64,000 nucleotides of DNA. It comes from a virus. Lineage: Duplodnaviria; Heunggongvirae; Uroviricota; Caudoviricetes. The position numbers and the translations under genes were made by a program. This document shows positions 38,000 to 47,291 of the stretch, one piece after another. A model generated the notes under the pieces. It was given only the letters and a program-made list of their open reading frames with translations, was not told where the DNA came from and did not search any database. The number at the start of each line of letters is the position of its first letter. The first letter of the stretch is position 1. Location: positions 18,564 through 82,563 of the IMG/VR virus record IMGVR_UViG_3300044712_002337; one strand, given 5' to 3'.

Positions 38000-38281
38000 A
38001 TGACCGAGCAAGAACTGGCCGCCCTCCCCCGCCACCCCGACTGGCACCTCGGGCGGTGGCTGTACTGCTGGGCGGTGTTCGACGGGCTCCGCGCCGAGGT
38101 GGCCTGGTCCGAGTTGCCCTCCCTCGCCCCGCCCTGGCTGGTCGTCGGCCTGGACGGGGGCGCGCCCCGCCACGTCGAGGTGACCCACGCCGAGGCCCGC
38201 CGCATCCTCGCGGCCGACCCGCGGGACCTGCCGGCCGCGTACCCGGGCGAGTGGGCCGCGGCGGGGGAGGGCCAGGGATGA
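38000..38281 (+). CDS. Hypothetical protein, 93 aa
   Basis: GGAG SD. Confidence 0.6.
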   Translation: MTEQELAALPRHPDWHLGRWLYCWAVFDGLRAEVAWSELPSLAPPWLVVGLDGGAPRHVEVTHAEARRILAADPRDLPAAYPGEWAAAGEGQG

Positions 38282-38463
38282 CACTGACGATTCTGCGGGG
38301 CCTGTGCCTGTTCGGGGCGATCGCCCTCACCCCCGCCTGGGGGAGTGCTGACCCGCAAGCGGTCGCCTGGGGCGCCCTGATTGGCGGGTTCCTCGCGTTC
38401 AACGTGTGCGACCTGATTCTGCTCTTCGAGAAGAAGAAGTTCGCCCGGGAGGCCGGGAAGTGA
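38278..38463 (+). CDS. Small two-TM membrane protein
   Basis: ATGA overlap; hydrophobic stretches with a basic tail. Confidence 0.6.
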   Translation: MTLTILRGLCLFGAIALTPAWGSADPQAVAWGALIGGFLAFNVCDLILLFEKKKFAREAGK

Positions 38464-38708
38464 GCCACGCCAAAAGTTCGCCCCCGGTCTCGTACGAGGT
38501 GGTCCTCTCGTGCGTCGCCGGCTTCGACGCGTACTTCCACCCCGTCGTGTTCGTCGACGAGGGGAACGCCCGGGAGTTCGACCGGTACGTGAACTCCTGT
38601 CTGGTCGACGTGAAAGCCGCCCTCGTCGAACTCCCCAACGGGTTCGACCGCCACACCGTCACCCGGGTGGAGGGGATTTACCGGGTGGAAAGGAGCTTAC
38701 TCGGATGA
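38460..38708 (+). CDS. Hypothetical protein, 82 aa
   Basis: GTGA overlap. Confidence 0.6.
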   Translation: MSHAKSSPPVSYEVVLSCVAGFDAYFHPVVFVDEGNAREFDRYVNSCLVDVKAALVELPNGFDRHTVTRVEGIYRVERSLLG

Positions 38709-39049
38709 GTTATGAGAACGCTTTCGACCGCACGATTGACGAGGTGTCCATCACCCACGACCTGAACTGGAACGACGACAGCAAAATCCGCCTATTCGCC
38801 CGGTTCCTCGGGGATAACACGCTGAATCACGACCTCGCCGGGTGGGAGAAATTTCTCGAAGTTCAAGCGAACGACGAGATTGTGGCCGCGTCGCCCAAGG
38901 GTGAAGACGAACGCGACCCGTGGGGCGAAGACCCGGACTACCCGCGGGCGGACTGGCGGTACCAGGTGGCCAACGGGGACACCAACCAGGGCTACTGGGA
39001 GTGGGTCGAACACGAGAAGGAAATTCACGAGGACGCCGGCGATGATTAA
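38705..39049 (+). CDS. Acidic hypothetical protein (WRYQVANGDTNQGYWEW)
   Basis: ATGA overlap. Confidence 0.7.
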   Translation: MSYENAFDRTIDEVSITHDLNWNDDSKIRLFARFLGDNTLNHDLAGWEKFLEVQANDEIVAASPKGEDERDPWGEDPDYPRADWRYQVANGDTNQGYWEWVEHEKEIHEDAGDD

Positions 39050-39515
39050 TCTTCCGGACGACTGGTCCGAGTGCGAGCGGGGCAACACCCTGCTCGTCAA
39101 CACGGACGGCGACACGCCCAAGTGGGTGGCCTACGTCGACCTGCCCGGCGGCAGGGTGATGGAAATCGCCCTATCGCCCGAGAATTATCCTTCTTTGGAA
39201 GTGATGATTCTTTCCCAAGAAAACCAAGACAACCTGTCCGACCACCTGGACGCCCTCCAGGACCAGGGGTGGTACGTCCGCAAGCGGAACCACGGGGAGT
39301 ACACCCCGGCCAACGTGCGGCTGACCGCCCTGGCGAAGAAACGCGGCTGGGACGTGCCCGCTCTCACCACCGCGTTCGAGATGGAGTTCGTTTACGCCGA
39401 AGGGTTGACGGTGGAACAGACCATCGACTTCGTCCTGAACGAGCACTGGGACGTGGAGTCGGTGCGGGAGAAGCTGATGGCGGGACCGGCAACGTCGGCC
39501 GCCTCGGACGACTAA
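39042..39515 (+). CDS. Hypothetical protein, 157 aa
   Basis: Overlaps the upstream stop; GC3-rich frame. Confidence 0.65.
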   Translation: MINLPDDWSECERGNTLLVNTDGDTPKWVAYVDLPGGRVMEIALSPENYPSLEVMILSQENQDNLSDHLDALQDQGWYVRKRNHGEYTPANVRLTALAKKRGWDVPALTTAFEMEFVYAEGLTVEQTIDFVLNEHWDVESVREKLMAGPATSAASDD

Positions 39516-39623
39516 CCCCGCGGAGAAGCCGCATAAAAGGAGAAAGCAATCACCATTCAAGAACGCGACGCCCGCCTGGAGCGGATGACGGACTAGAGTA
39601 TAATCCATCCTATAATTGTAATT

Positions 39624-40868
39624 ATGCACCGCTCCCAGCGATTCCTGCTTAAACCCTCACAAGCTCAAGCTCGGCTATTAGCCGGGGCCGCCGGCCTATC
39701 GCGTTTCGCTTGGAACTGGGCGGTCGCCCTGTGCCAGCGACACTACGAGTGGTACGGGAAGTTGCCCGGGTACAAGCGGTTGACCGCGTACTCGCTCGGG
39801 AAGCGATGGAACACGGTCAAGGACCGGCACTTCCCCTGGGTGCGCGAGTACAGCAAATACATCCCTGAGGAGAGCTTCAGGAAAGTGGACTTGGCCTACC
39901 GGGCCGCCTTCGCACGCCTGAGGAGAGGGCAGCCGGCGGGCTTTCCTAAGTTTCACAAGAAAGGGGTGAATGAGTCTTTTCAGGTGGTACCCTCCAGCCA
40001 TTTCCCCCTCACCCTCAACAGGAACAAGTTCCGCATTCCGCGGGTCGGATTCGTCCGGACGGAGACGACCGTGCGGTGGCCAGAGGGAAAACAAGTGTAC
40101 GGCCGGGTGAAGAAGCGAGCAGGCAGGTGGTGGCTCATCCTGAGCCACCACCTGCCGGACCCGCCGAAGCTCCCGGAGGGGCGGCCGGCGTGCGGGGTGG
40201 ACGTGGGGTGCACCACCTTCGCGACCGTCGCGAGCGAGGGGGTGGTCGAGGAGGTGGCCCCGCCCAAACCGTACGCGAAAGCCCGGCGGCGGCTGCGGCG
40301 GGCCCACCGGCGGGTGAGCCGGAAGGTGAAGGGGTCGGCCAACCGGAAGAAGGCGGTCCTCCGCCTGGCCAAGGCGCACGAGCGGGTGGCCAACATACGG
40401 GATAACTTCCTGCACCAGTTGACCAGCCGACTGGTCAAGAGGTTCGGGGTCATCGTATTAGAAGACCTGTCCGTGAAGGGGCTGGCCGGCGGAATGTTGG
40501 CCAAGACCGTTCACGACATGGGCTGGGGCGAGTTCCGCCGCCAGGTGGAGTACAAGGCGGAAACGGTCGGCACGAAGGTTGTCTTCGCCGACCGTTTTTA
40601 CCCATCTTCGAAAACCTGTTCGGCCTGCGGTCAAGTGAAAGCCAAGCTTGGACTGAGCGAACGGGAGTGGACGTGTATGGGCTGCGGCACCTCGCACGAC
40701 CGCGACCACAATGCCGCCAAAAACCTTGAAAAACTAGGGCGGGACACGCCCGAAGTTACGCCTGCGGAGAGTGGAGGTTCAGGCTCGTGCCGAAAGGTAA
40801 GGGTCGGTGCCACTCAGGGAAGCAGGAATATTCAGGACGCGATTGATTCGTCAATCCCGCTTGAGTAA
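39624..40868 (+). CDS. tnpB: TnpB RNA-guided endonuclease (copy 2)
   Basis: RFAWNW HTH; RuvC GVDVG / LEDL / RDHNAAKNL intact; CSAC...CMGC. Confidence 0.95.
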   Translation: MHRSQRFLLKPSQAQARLLAGAAGLSRFAWNWAVALCQRHYEWYGKLPGYKRLTAYSLGKRWNTVKDRHFPWVREYSKYIPEESFRKVDLAYRAAFARLRRGQPAGFPKFHKKGVNESFQVVPSSHFPLTLNRNKFRIPRVGFVRTETTVRWPEGKQVYGRVKKRAGRWWLILSHHLPDPPKLPEGRPACGVDVGCTTFATVASEGVVEEVAPPKPYAKARRRLRRAHRRVSRKVKGSANRKKAVLRLAKAHERVANIRDNFLHQLTSRLVKRFGVIVLEDLSVKGLAGGMLAKTVHDMGWGEFRRQVEYKAETVGTKVVFADRFYPSSKTCSACGQVKAKLGLSEREWTCMGCGTSHDRDHNAAKNLEKLGRDTPEVTPAESGGSGSCRKVRVGATQGSRNIQDAIDSSIPLE

Positions 40869-40886
40869 AGTCCGGACTACCAGCGG
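40740..40886 (+). ncRNA. Putative omegaRNA scaffold of TnpB2
   Basis: 3' overlap of tnpB up to the element end; GAAGCAGGAA and GTCCGGACTACC shared with copy 1. Confidence 0.6.
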
Positions 40887-41095
40887 TTTGTTGTTCTTCA
40901 GAGAATCCACAACGCCCTCTTCCTTGTCTCCGACAGGGGCGAGAGCAGGCTCGACCCTGATAAAGAGTGGACCCCGGACACCCCGAACGAGGTTGCGGTC
41001 GCCTTCGGGGCGACCGACATTGGCTACCTCGAACTGGGCGGTATACTCGGGCATTAAGAAGCAGGTCCGGGCGGCCTCACCCGCGGAGACTCGAC

Positions 41096-41635
41096 ATGCC
41101 CGTCTACCAGGTCGGCAAGCCGTACAACCCGGCCGCGACGAAGTGGCCCCAGGGCGCTCAGTACAACTTCCGCTCCGGCCAGCACGAGTTGTTCCTCTCG
41201 TGGGAACGCCCGTCCAAGAAGGAGGTCCGCTCCGTCCAGTCGGCGCGGGCCGACTTCGGCTTTCTGGAGTGGGAGCACACCGTCTTCCTGTTGTACAGAT
41301 TCGCACTGGGGCCGTGGTCCGACCAGCCCTTCTCGTACCACCTGGTCCCGAAGGGGGAGCGGGAGTTGCCGCCCGAACTGGACGGGGAGAAGGGCGAGCG
41401 GACGCTCCTGACCGTCCTGCTGGTCAGCTCGGAGGACGGAATTCTGAGGGCTATCCGTGCCTTAACTCTGAGCCCCGAAGTTTCTTCGGGGCTCAACAAG
41501 GCGATTGTCCGCAACGCCCTGGCCGACTGGCCCGGGCCGGAGGCGTACGAGTTCGCGGTCAAGCGGGCGTACGCCAAGTACCCGTCGGCCGACCAGATGG
41601 CCGCCGCCGCCCTCACCTGCGTGGGAGGCTCCTGA
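41096..41635 (+). CDS. Hypothetical protein, 179 aa
   Basis: GGAG SD then ATG at 41096. Confidence 0.75.
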   Translation: MPVYQVGKPYNPAATKWPQGAQYNFRSGQHELFLSWERPSKKEVRSVQSARADFGFLEWEHTVFLLYRFALGPWSDQPFSYHLVPKGERELPPELDGEKGERTLLTVLLVSSEDGILRAIRALTLSPEVSSGLNKAIVRNALADWPGPEAYEFAVKRAYAKYPSADQMAAAALTCVGGS

Positions 41636-42100
41636 GTGTCCGGCAAACACCCCAACCGCGTGGCGGCCGGCCGGAAGGCGGCGTCGAAGGTGTGGCCGCG
41701 GGCCTGCCCGCGGTGCGGCCACCCCTTCACCGGCACGGCTAAGCAGGTGTACTGCTCGCGGGTGTGCAAGGATGCGGCCGCCGCCGCGGCCCGCGAGGTG
41801 AAACGGTGCGGCTGGTGCGAGACGCTCATGCCGGCGGCCCTCGCCCGCCAGCGGTGGTGCTCGGACGCCTGCCGGAAAAAGGGGCGGTACGCGGCCGAGA
41901 CGAAGGAGTGCAGCGAGTGCTCGCGGCCGTTCACTCCGGCCCGCGGTCGGGCTAAGCGGCTCACCTGCTCGCCGGCCTGTGCCACCGTGCGGGACAGCCG
42001 GCTGAAGTACCTGGAGCGGAACCCGCACGTGGGCGCGGCCGACCTGGCCGCCAAACTGGGAGCGAAACGGTATGACAACCCTGGCGACCCCGGCCCCTGA
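41636..42100 (+). CDS. Triple zinc-finger protein (CxxC...CSxxC x3)
   Basis: CPRC...YCSRVC, CGWC...WCSDAC, CSEC...TCSPAC. Confidence 0.75.
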   Translation: MSGKHPNRVAAGRKAASKVWPRACPRCGHPFTGTAKQVYCSRVCKDAAAAAAREVKRCGWCETLMPAALARQRWCSDACRKKGRYAAETKECSECSRPFTPARGRAKRLTCSPACATVRDSRLKYLERNPHVGAADLAAKLGAKRYDNPGDPGP

Positions 42101-42827
42101 CCTGACCGGCCTGTCGGTGCCGGACCTGAAGCGGGAGCTGGCCCGCGGCCTGCAACTGTCGGCCGACGCACTGCTGTACGTGGCGGCCGTGTGGCGGGAG
42201 CTGGAAGCCCGCGGGGAGGACCTGACCGAGTTCAAGACCGGCATCGGCCGGGCCATCCCGCTCATCGCCGCCGGCCGGCTGGCGGCCGAGGCGGTGGTGG
42301 CGTTCGCCGGCCGCCCGGGGGTGCTGGACGCCCTGGCCGGGCTGCCCCTGGCCCGCCAGCGGGAGCTGGCCGCCGGCGGGACGGTGAGCGTGCTCACCCC
42401 GGAGGCGGCGACGGCGACGGCCGTGCCGCTGGCCGCCCTGCCCGCCCAGGCGGTCCGGCTGGTGTTCGCCGACGGGGTGGAGCGGACCCCGGAGCAGCAG
42501 CGGGCGGCCCTGGTCGCCCGCCGGCCGCGGCGGGAGCGGGGGCCGGCCCGCCAGTACCGGGTGAACGTCGACCGCGACCGGCGGGTGGTGCGGGTCGGCC
42601 GCATGGAAATCCCGGTGGAGACGGTGCTGGCCGCGTTCGCCGAGGCGGCCGCCGGGCTGGACGGGGCCGACCCGGCGGTCGCCCGCGACCGGGGCGAAGG
42701 GCTGCCCATGGCCTCCTGCTACCTGACCGCCGACGAGGACGAGCGGCTGAAGGCGCTGTGCAAGGCGAAGAAGCTGGACCGCGGCGACGCGGTGCGGCGG
42801 GCGGTGGTGGCGATGCTCCTACTCTGA
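42072..42827 (+). CDS. Probable DNA-binding protein with C-terminal ribbon-helix-helix
   Basis: C-terminus CYLTADEDERLKALCKAKKLDRGDAVRRAV. Confidence 0.55.
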   Translation: MTTLATPAPDLTGLSVPDLKRELARGLQLSADALLYVAAVWRELEARGEDLTEFKTGIGRAIPLIAAGRLAAEAVVAFAGRPGVLDALAGLPLARQRELAAGGTVSVLTPEAATATAVPLAALPAQAVRLVFADGVERTPEQQRAALVARRPRRERGPARQYRVNVDRDRRVVRVGRMEIPVETVLAAFAEAAAGLDGADPAVARDRGEGLPMASCYLTADEDERLKALCKAKKLDRGDAVRRAVVAMLLL

Positions 42828-42879
42828 CCTTCCCGCAATCCCGGCGGGCCGCGCCCGCCATTTTAAAAGGGAAAATCAC

Positions 42880-43353
42880 ATGCCGACCATCACGATTGAC
42901 ATCGACGACGTCCGGAAGGCCGGGGGTGTACGGGAAGCCCTGGCGAAGAAGTGCGAGGGGTCCGACGCGGTGGCCTGCGGGGTCATCGGGATGGCGTTCG
43001 CCACCAGCGGGCCGGGCCACGGCTGGTCGCAGACGTTCGGGGCGGAGGACTTCGCCGCCCGCGCCCTGGACGAGGGTTGCGGGGCGCTCGCCTACCTGGA
43101 CCTGGACGACGGGCGGGTGGCCGCCCTGGAGGACGGCGAAGTCGTCTGGACGGACGAGAGCGACGTGCGAATCGAGTGCCCGGGCGTCGAGGACGCTCTG
43201 GCCCACCCGGAGGTCGCGGCCGAGATGGCCCGGGCCGTGCGGGACTATCACCACCCGGAGAGCGACGTGGCGGAGTGGAAGAAGTTGGTGGTCGCCATCA
43301 AAGCGGCCGGCGAGGCGTTCGACCGGCTGGACCCCGAGCGGTTCGACGGCTAA
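42880..43353 (+). CDS. Hypothetical protein, 157 aa
   Basis: Repeat-element SD. Confidence 0.7.
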   Translation: MPTITIDIDDVRKAGGVREALAKKCEGSDAVACGVIGMAFATSGPGHGWSQTFGAEDFAARALDEGCGALAYLDLDDGRVAALEDGEVVWTDESDVRIECPGVEDALAHPEVAAEMARAVRDYHHPESDVAEWKKLVVAIKAAGEAFDRLDPERFDG

Positions 43354-43386
43354 CCCCTTTTCTCTCTTACCGCGAGCGGAGCGAGC

Positions 43387-43971
43387 ATGACGACCGAAAT
43401 CGGCGAGGTGTGGGAGGAGGTGCCGCTCTACCTGGTGAGCTTCCGCCCGACCCGGCACTTCACCGACGAGCAGGTGGCGGAGCTGACCGACGAGGAGGTT
43501 TACGGGGCCGAGTGGGCGGGCGACGGGCACGGGAATCACTGGTCGCGGGGGCACGACGCCGGCAGCCTGCGGGACGTCCGCCCCACCCCGGTCCTCACCT
43601 GGCGGCTGAAGCCGGGCGACCGGCTGATTCGCCAGTTCCGGATTCGTTTCAAGCGGGCGGTGGTGCGGGACGACCGGGGCGGGGAGGCGCCGCCCGTCAC
43701 CTACCTGGGCCGCGTGACGGAAGCCCGCTGGGAGGACGAGACGTTCTTCGACCCGCGGGCCGCCGGGGACGACGCCAAGCGGCTGGTGGCGGTGACCACC
43801 TGCGACCCGCACCCGCGGTTGCTCGGCGACGACTCCGACCCGCACGCGCCGACCGACGCCGTCCGCCTGATGGTCGAGACGTACCCGGACGACATGAGAT
43901 TCATGGCCGTGAGGCTCGAACTGCGGCCGCCGGACCCGGGCGGCCGTGAAGAGCACTCGTTCACCTTCTGA
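43387..43971 (+). CDS. Hypothetical protein, 194 aa
   Basis: ATG after GAGCGGAGCGAGC. Confidence 0.7.
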   Translation: MTTEIGEVWEEVPLYLVSFRPTRHFTDEQVAELTDEEVYGAEWAGDGHGNHWSRGHDAGSLRDVRPTPVLTWRLKPGDRLIRQFRIRFKRAVVRDDRGGEAPPVTYLGRVTEARWEDETFFDPRAAGDDAKRLVAVTTCDPHPRLLGDDSDPHAPTDAVRLMVETYPDDMRFMAVRLELRPPDPGGREEHSFTF

Positions 43972-44024
43972 GGCCGCCCGGTTCACCCGGGTGAACGGTT
44001 ACCCCTCTCCACCACACGGGAGAC

Positions 44025-44303
44025 ATGATGGCCGCGAACACCCAGACCCGCCGCGAAGCCGTCGAGATGGTGCTCTCCGTCCTCCGCGACGGCGCCCGCA
44101 ACGACCGGTATTTGCGGCAGGCCGACGACGGGCACTACTACACCACCCCGGACCACACGTTCCTCGGCGACGACGGTCCGTACAGCCCGCCGGGCGTCAC
44201 CATCCCGGTCGCCTACGACACCCCCGAAGAGCAGGAAGAGGGGTGGGCCGAAGCTCTGCTCGACGAGTTGGACGAGAAGGTTGCCGGCGGGGGCGACGAG
44301 TGA
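44025..44303 (+). CDS. Acidic hypothetical protein, 92 aa
   Basis: GGGAG SD. Confidence 0.65.
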   Translation: MMAANTQTRREAVEMVLSVLRDGARNDRYLRQADDGHYYTTPDHTFLGDDGPYSPPGVTIPVAYDTPEEQEEGWAEALLDELDEKVAGGGDE

Positions 44304-44332
44304 GACGCCGTCACCCCGGGGGTGATATCACC

Positions 44333-44365
44333 GAGAGGCCGCCCGGGTGGGCGGCCTCTTTCGTT
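44333..44365 (+). terminator. Intrinsic terminator
   Basis: GAGGCCGCCC-GGGT-GGGCGGCCTC then TTTCGTTT. Confidence 0.7.
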
Positions 44366-44415
44366 TGGCGGGCCGAGCCCGCCGGACCAACTAACTTCCG
44401 AGCGGAGCGAACAAG

Positions 44416-45063
44416 ATGACGAAGTCCAAGCCTAAAACCAGCCGGGACACGACCATCACCCTGGCCCTGGCGAACCCGTCCGAGCGGGCGACTCACCTGG
44501 AAGTCTCGGTGTCGTACGACAAGGGCGGCCCGAACTACTTCTCGGGCTCGACCGTGGCCCGCGGCTACTATCTCAGCGTCGGCCCGGTGAAACTCGCCCG
44601 CGGGATGCGGAGATTCGAGATTATGTCCCACCGCGCGGTCCTGCTCGAAACCACCGGGCGGAGGTCGGACAAGCGGCTGGGCTGGCACTTCGAGCAGGCC
44701 AAAGCCTCCGTCACCGCCCAGTCCGGCCAGGCGTTCGAACTGCTGCAACGCTTCCGGGCGGCGGAGGCCGCCAAGGAGGGGGACCGGCGGCGGGTTTATC
44801 ACGTCTGCTGGGACGCCCCTTTTATCAAAATCGACCACTGTTGGTGCTCCGAGAGTGCTGTCGCACTCGCCAAAGTGGTGACCGCCGGCGGGGCCGACAA
44901 AGCGCCGCTTCTGGCCGACGCCCTGGAGGAGGCCGGGTGCGACTGCCCGCTGACGCTCGCAGAACTTCGGCGACCGGACGACGAGGTGGCACGTCGCGCC
45001 GGCGAGCCGGGCGTGGCCCTCGTGGTTGCCCGGCACGTGCTCAGTCATCAGGCGTCTTACTGA
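44416..45063 (+). CDS. Fusion of a phage domain and a Gemmataceae-type LADALEEAGC domain
   Basis: N-terminal VSYDKGGPNYFSG...RGYYLSV; C-terminal PLLADALEEAGCD resembles the planctomycete ILADALQDAGC motif. Confidence 0.65.
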   Translation: MTKSKPKTSRDTTITLALANPSERATHLEVSVSYDKGGPNYFSGSTVARGYYLSVGPVKLARGMRRFEIMSHRAVLLETTGRRSDKRLGWHFEQAKASVTAQSGQAFELLQRFRAAEAAKEGDRRRVYHVCWDAPFIKIDHCWCSESAVALAKVVTAGGADKAPLLADALEEAGCDCPLTLAELRRPDDEVARRAGEPGVALVVARHVLSHQASY

Positions 45064-45134
45064 CGAAGTCTATTTCACCCTTTTAAAATCGCTGGGTTTC
45101 ACCCCGCGGACCCCGAAAGTACAGTGAGGTTAGA

Positions 45135-45884
45135 ATGTCCGCGACCCTGGAACGCGGCCGGGTTCCCCTGCGCGTGTTGGAAGAGCGGGTGGGCGGGTTG
45201 AGCACCCCGGGGAAGATGCCGTTTTACGGGTTCTCCCTGCCGGCCCAAGCCTGCAAGACCGGCTCGAAGCTGCGGGAGGTGAAGGGGTCGGTGTGCGAAA
45301 ACTGTTACGCTCTACGTGGCAACTATTTGTACACTAATGTACAAAAAGCCCTATGGAGGCGGTTGGAAATCCTGGAGGCCGACCCGGACGCGTGGGTGGA
45401 TAACCTGGTCGCCGTCCTCAAGCGGCGGTGCCGCCAGTTCACCCCCACCCCGGACGACCCGTGGCCGGCGGTCCGGGCTCACGACGCGGGCGATTTGCAG
45501 GGGGTGTGGCACCTGCGGGCCATCTGCGAGGTGGCCCGGCGGCTGCGGCGGGTGAGGCTGGCGGACGGAACCCGGGCGGCGGCGAGGCTGTGGCTCCCGA
45601 CCCGCGAATACGGGTTTGTGAAGGAGTTCCTGAACGGGGGCGGCGTCATCCCCCGCAACCTGACCGTCCGGCTGAGCGTTCACATGGTGGACGAGGGCCC
45701 CTCCCCCGGGTTGAGGAAATGGGCGCGGGAGAACGGTTTGGTCTTGTCCACGGTCAGGAAGAAGACTATCTTAGAAAATCACGGGGAGTGGGTGTGTCCC
45801 GCCCCGAAGCAGGGCAATGTTTGTGGAAAGTGTAGAAGTTGCCATGACCGAAGAATCGCCGTCATCTGCTACGGAAAGCACTGA
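45135..45884 (+). CDS. Gp88-like Cys-rich protein (mycobacteriophage gene 88 family)
   Basis: LSTPGKMP...SLPAQAC..GSKL....GSVC..CYA...HDAGDLQ...WLPTRE...NLTVRLS...CPA..QG..CG.CR.C. Confidence 0.8.
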   Translation: MSATLERGRVPLRVLEERVGGLSTPGKMPFYGFSLPAQACKTGSKLREVKGSVCENCYALRGNYLYTNVQKALWRRLEILEADPDAWVDNLVAVLKRRCRQFTPTPDDPWPAVRAHDAGDLQGVWHLRAICEVARRLRRVRLADGTRAAARLWLPTREYGFVKEFLNGGGVIPRNLTVRLSVHMVDEGPSPGLRKWARENGLVLSTVRKKTILENHGEWVCPAPKQGNVCGKCRSCHDRRIAVICYGKH

Positions 45885-46935
45885 GCAGTGGGAATTTAAT
45901 GACCCCGGCGTCATAATCCCGCTGACGAATGACGGAAGCGTTGTGGTTTCGCCGGAGGATGTAGAGCTCGTGTCTACTCACCGGTGGAGGCTTGCGAGAT
46001 GCCGCAGAAAGCTCTACGCCGAGTCGACGGAAAAGGTAAATGGAAAATGGAAGAAGATATTACTACACCGCTTTATTCTCCGCCCTCCGTCCGATATGCT
46101 CGTCGACCACAAAAATAACAACGGGCTCGACTGTCGTCGTTGTAACTTGCGGCTAGCCACACATACCCAAAACCAAAGAAATGCTCCCTCTAGGATCGGG
46201 TCTTCAAGCAAGTTCAAGGGGGTTTGGTTTGCTGATAAACCGGCCAGGTGGCTAGCCCAAATATGCGACATCTATCTGGGCACATTCTCCGACGAGGTAT
46301 TGGCGGCAGAAGTTTATGACCACGCCGCCGTTCATATTTTTGGAGAGTTTGCTTGGCTGAATTACCCCAGCCGCCGAGACGAGTATGCCGCACAACCATT
46401 CTACTCAAACATGATTCGCGTCCGGCGAACGCGTGGCGAAAACCCCTACGTAGGGACGCAAAAGCGTGGGAACAGTTGGCTAGCTGATTGTAGCGGCTAT
46501 CCGCAGACTTATAGGGGTAGTTTTGCCACCGGCGAAGCTGCGGCGATGGCTTACGATTTGGCGAAAGTTCGTCAAGCAGGCACGACCGCTAAGGTCAACT
46601 TTCCAGAACGTATGTCCTACTACCTCGACGCCATACTCGGCGGCGTCGCCGAATCGATGTCAAAAACCGAGTTCAAAAAGTACGTGCGAGATAAAGTCCG
46701 TGACTACCTAAAAGGTAGATGGGTCGAAAAGACACGGTGGATGGGAAGCCGCGGTAAGCAGGATAGATTTGCGGGACTCGGCTGGTACGCAGAGGATGTG
46801 ATAGCCATTATGCCGAGTCTCACGGACGTGGAAGCCGCTAGTTGGCTAGCTCGCAACGATGATGAGATACGTGAGCGAATTCGCGCGTTAGGTGCAGACG
46901 TCATTAAGTCTATGCTTGAAACGGAATTCTCCTGA
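45844..46935 (+). CDS. HNH-AP2 homing-type endonuclease with an extra C-terminal domain
   Basis: LLHRFIL...VDHKNNNGLDCRRCNLR...QN; two AP2-like SKFKGV / AAEVYD / AAMAYD segments; lower GC. Confidence 0.88.
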   Translation: MTEESPSSATESTEQWEFNDPGVIIPLTNDGSVVVSPEDVELVSTHRWRLARCRRKLYAESTEKVNGKWKKILLHRFILRPPSDMLVDHKNNNGLDCRRCNLRLATHTQNQRNAPSRIGSSSKFKGVWFADKPARWLAQICDIYLGTFSDEVLAAEVYDHAAVHIFGEFAWLNYPSRRDEYAAQPFYSNMIRVRRTRGENPYVGTQKRGNSWLADCSGYPQTYRGSFATGEAAAMAYDLAKVRQAGTTAKVNFPERMSYYLDAILGGVAESMSKTEFKKYVRDKVRDYLKGRWVEKTRWMGSRGKQDRFAGLGWYAEDVIAIMPSLTDVEAASWLARNDDEIRERIRALGADVIKSMLETEFS

Positions 46936-47006
46936 ACTTGTTCCCATTATGCTACGCCCGCCACTGAGCGGGCCGGTGGCCCGCGATGTTAAAAGGGGAA
47001 AATCGT

Positions 47007-47261
47007 ATGCCCGTGAAAATCACCGTCGGCCCCTCCCCCGTGCCGCCCGTCCGGTACACCCCGCTCTCCCTCCTCCTGAAGCCCGGCATCTACCGCCCCG
47101 AGGACGAGCCGAACGACTGGCGGGTGGTCGTCTACCGCAAGGACCAGGCGCTGTACGTGGACCTACAGGCCGACCAGATTGAGCCGTACGACCCGGCCTT
47201 GTGGACCGGGTACTTCGTGCGGACGGGCGAGAAGCGTGTCACCCTCACGTTCGAGGACTAA
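47007..47261 (+). CDS. Hypothetical protein, paralogue of 50457
   Basis: PGIYRP...LYVD...IEPYDPALW vs PGVYSP...LWTD...FEAVDEDLW. Confidence 0.65.
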   Translation: MPVKITVGPSPVPPVRYTPLSLLLKPGIYRPEDEPNDWRVVVYRKDQALYVDLQADQIEPYDPALWTGYFVRTGEKRVTLTFED

Positions 47262-47291
47262 CGCCCTCGTTTTCGAGAAAGGTCGCAGCCC

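Larger units (their letters stand above)
39585..40886 (+). mobile_element. TnpB-only element (IS200/IS605 or IS607-like non-autonomous), 1302 bp
   Basis: AGCGG at both junctions (39580-39584 and 40882-40886); removal restores an ORF. Confidence 0.8.
39549..41057 (+). pseudogene. Small gene (about 69 aa) interrupted by the TnpB2 element
   Basis: Joining 39549-39584 to 40887-41057 gives (I)TIQERDARLER|FVVLQRIHNALFLVSD...GGILGH-stop in one frame after an AAAGGAGA SD. The first codon is ATC. Confidence 0.7.

Noticed and set aside
26938-40868. Nuclease-dead TnpB (TldR-like) regulators
   Set aside because: All three RuvC acidic residues (D, E, D) are present in both copies.
39585-40886. IStron (group I intron + TnpB)
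   Set aside because: Only 39 bp lie between the left junction and the tnpB ATG, too little for a ribozyme core.
42394-43986. 530-aa minus-strand ORF and similar antisense ORFs in the accessory arm
   Set aside because: Shadows of well-supported plus-strand genes. Unlike the intein overlap, they carry no recognisable domain.
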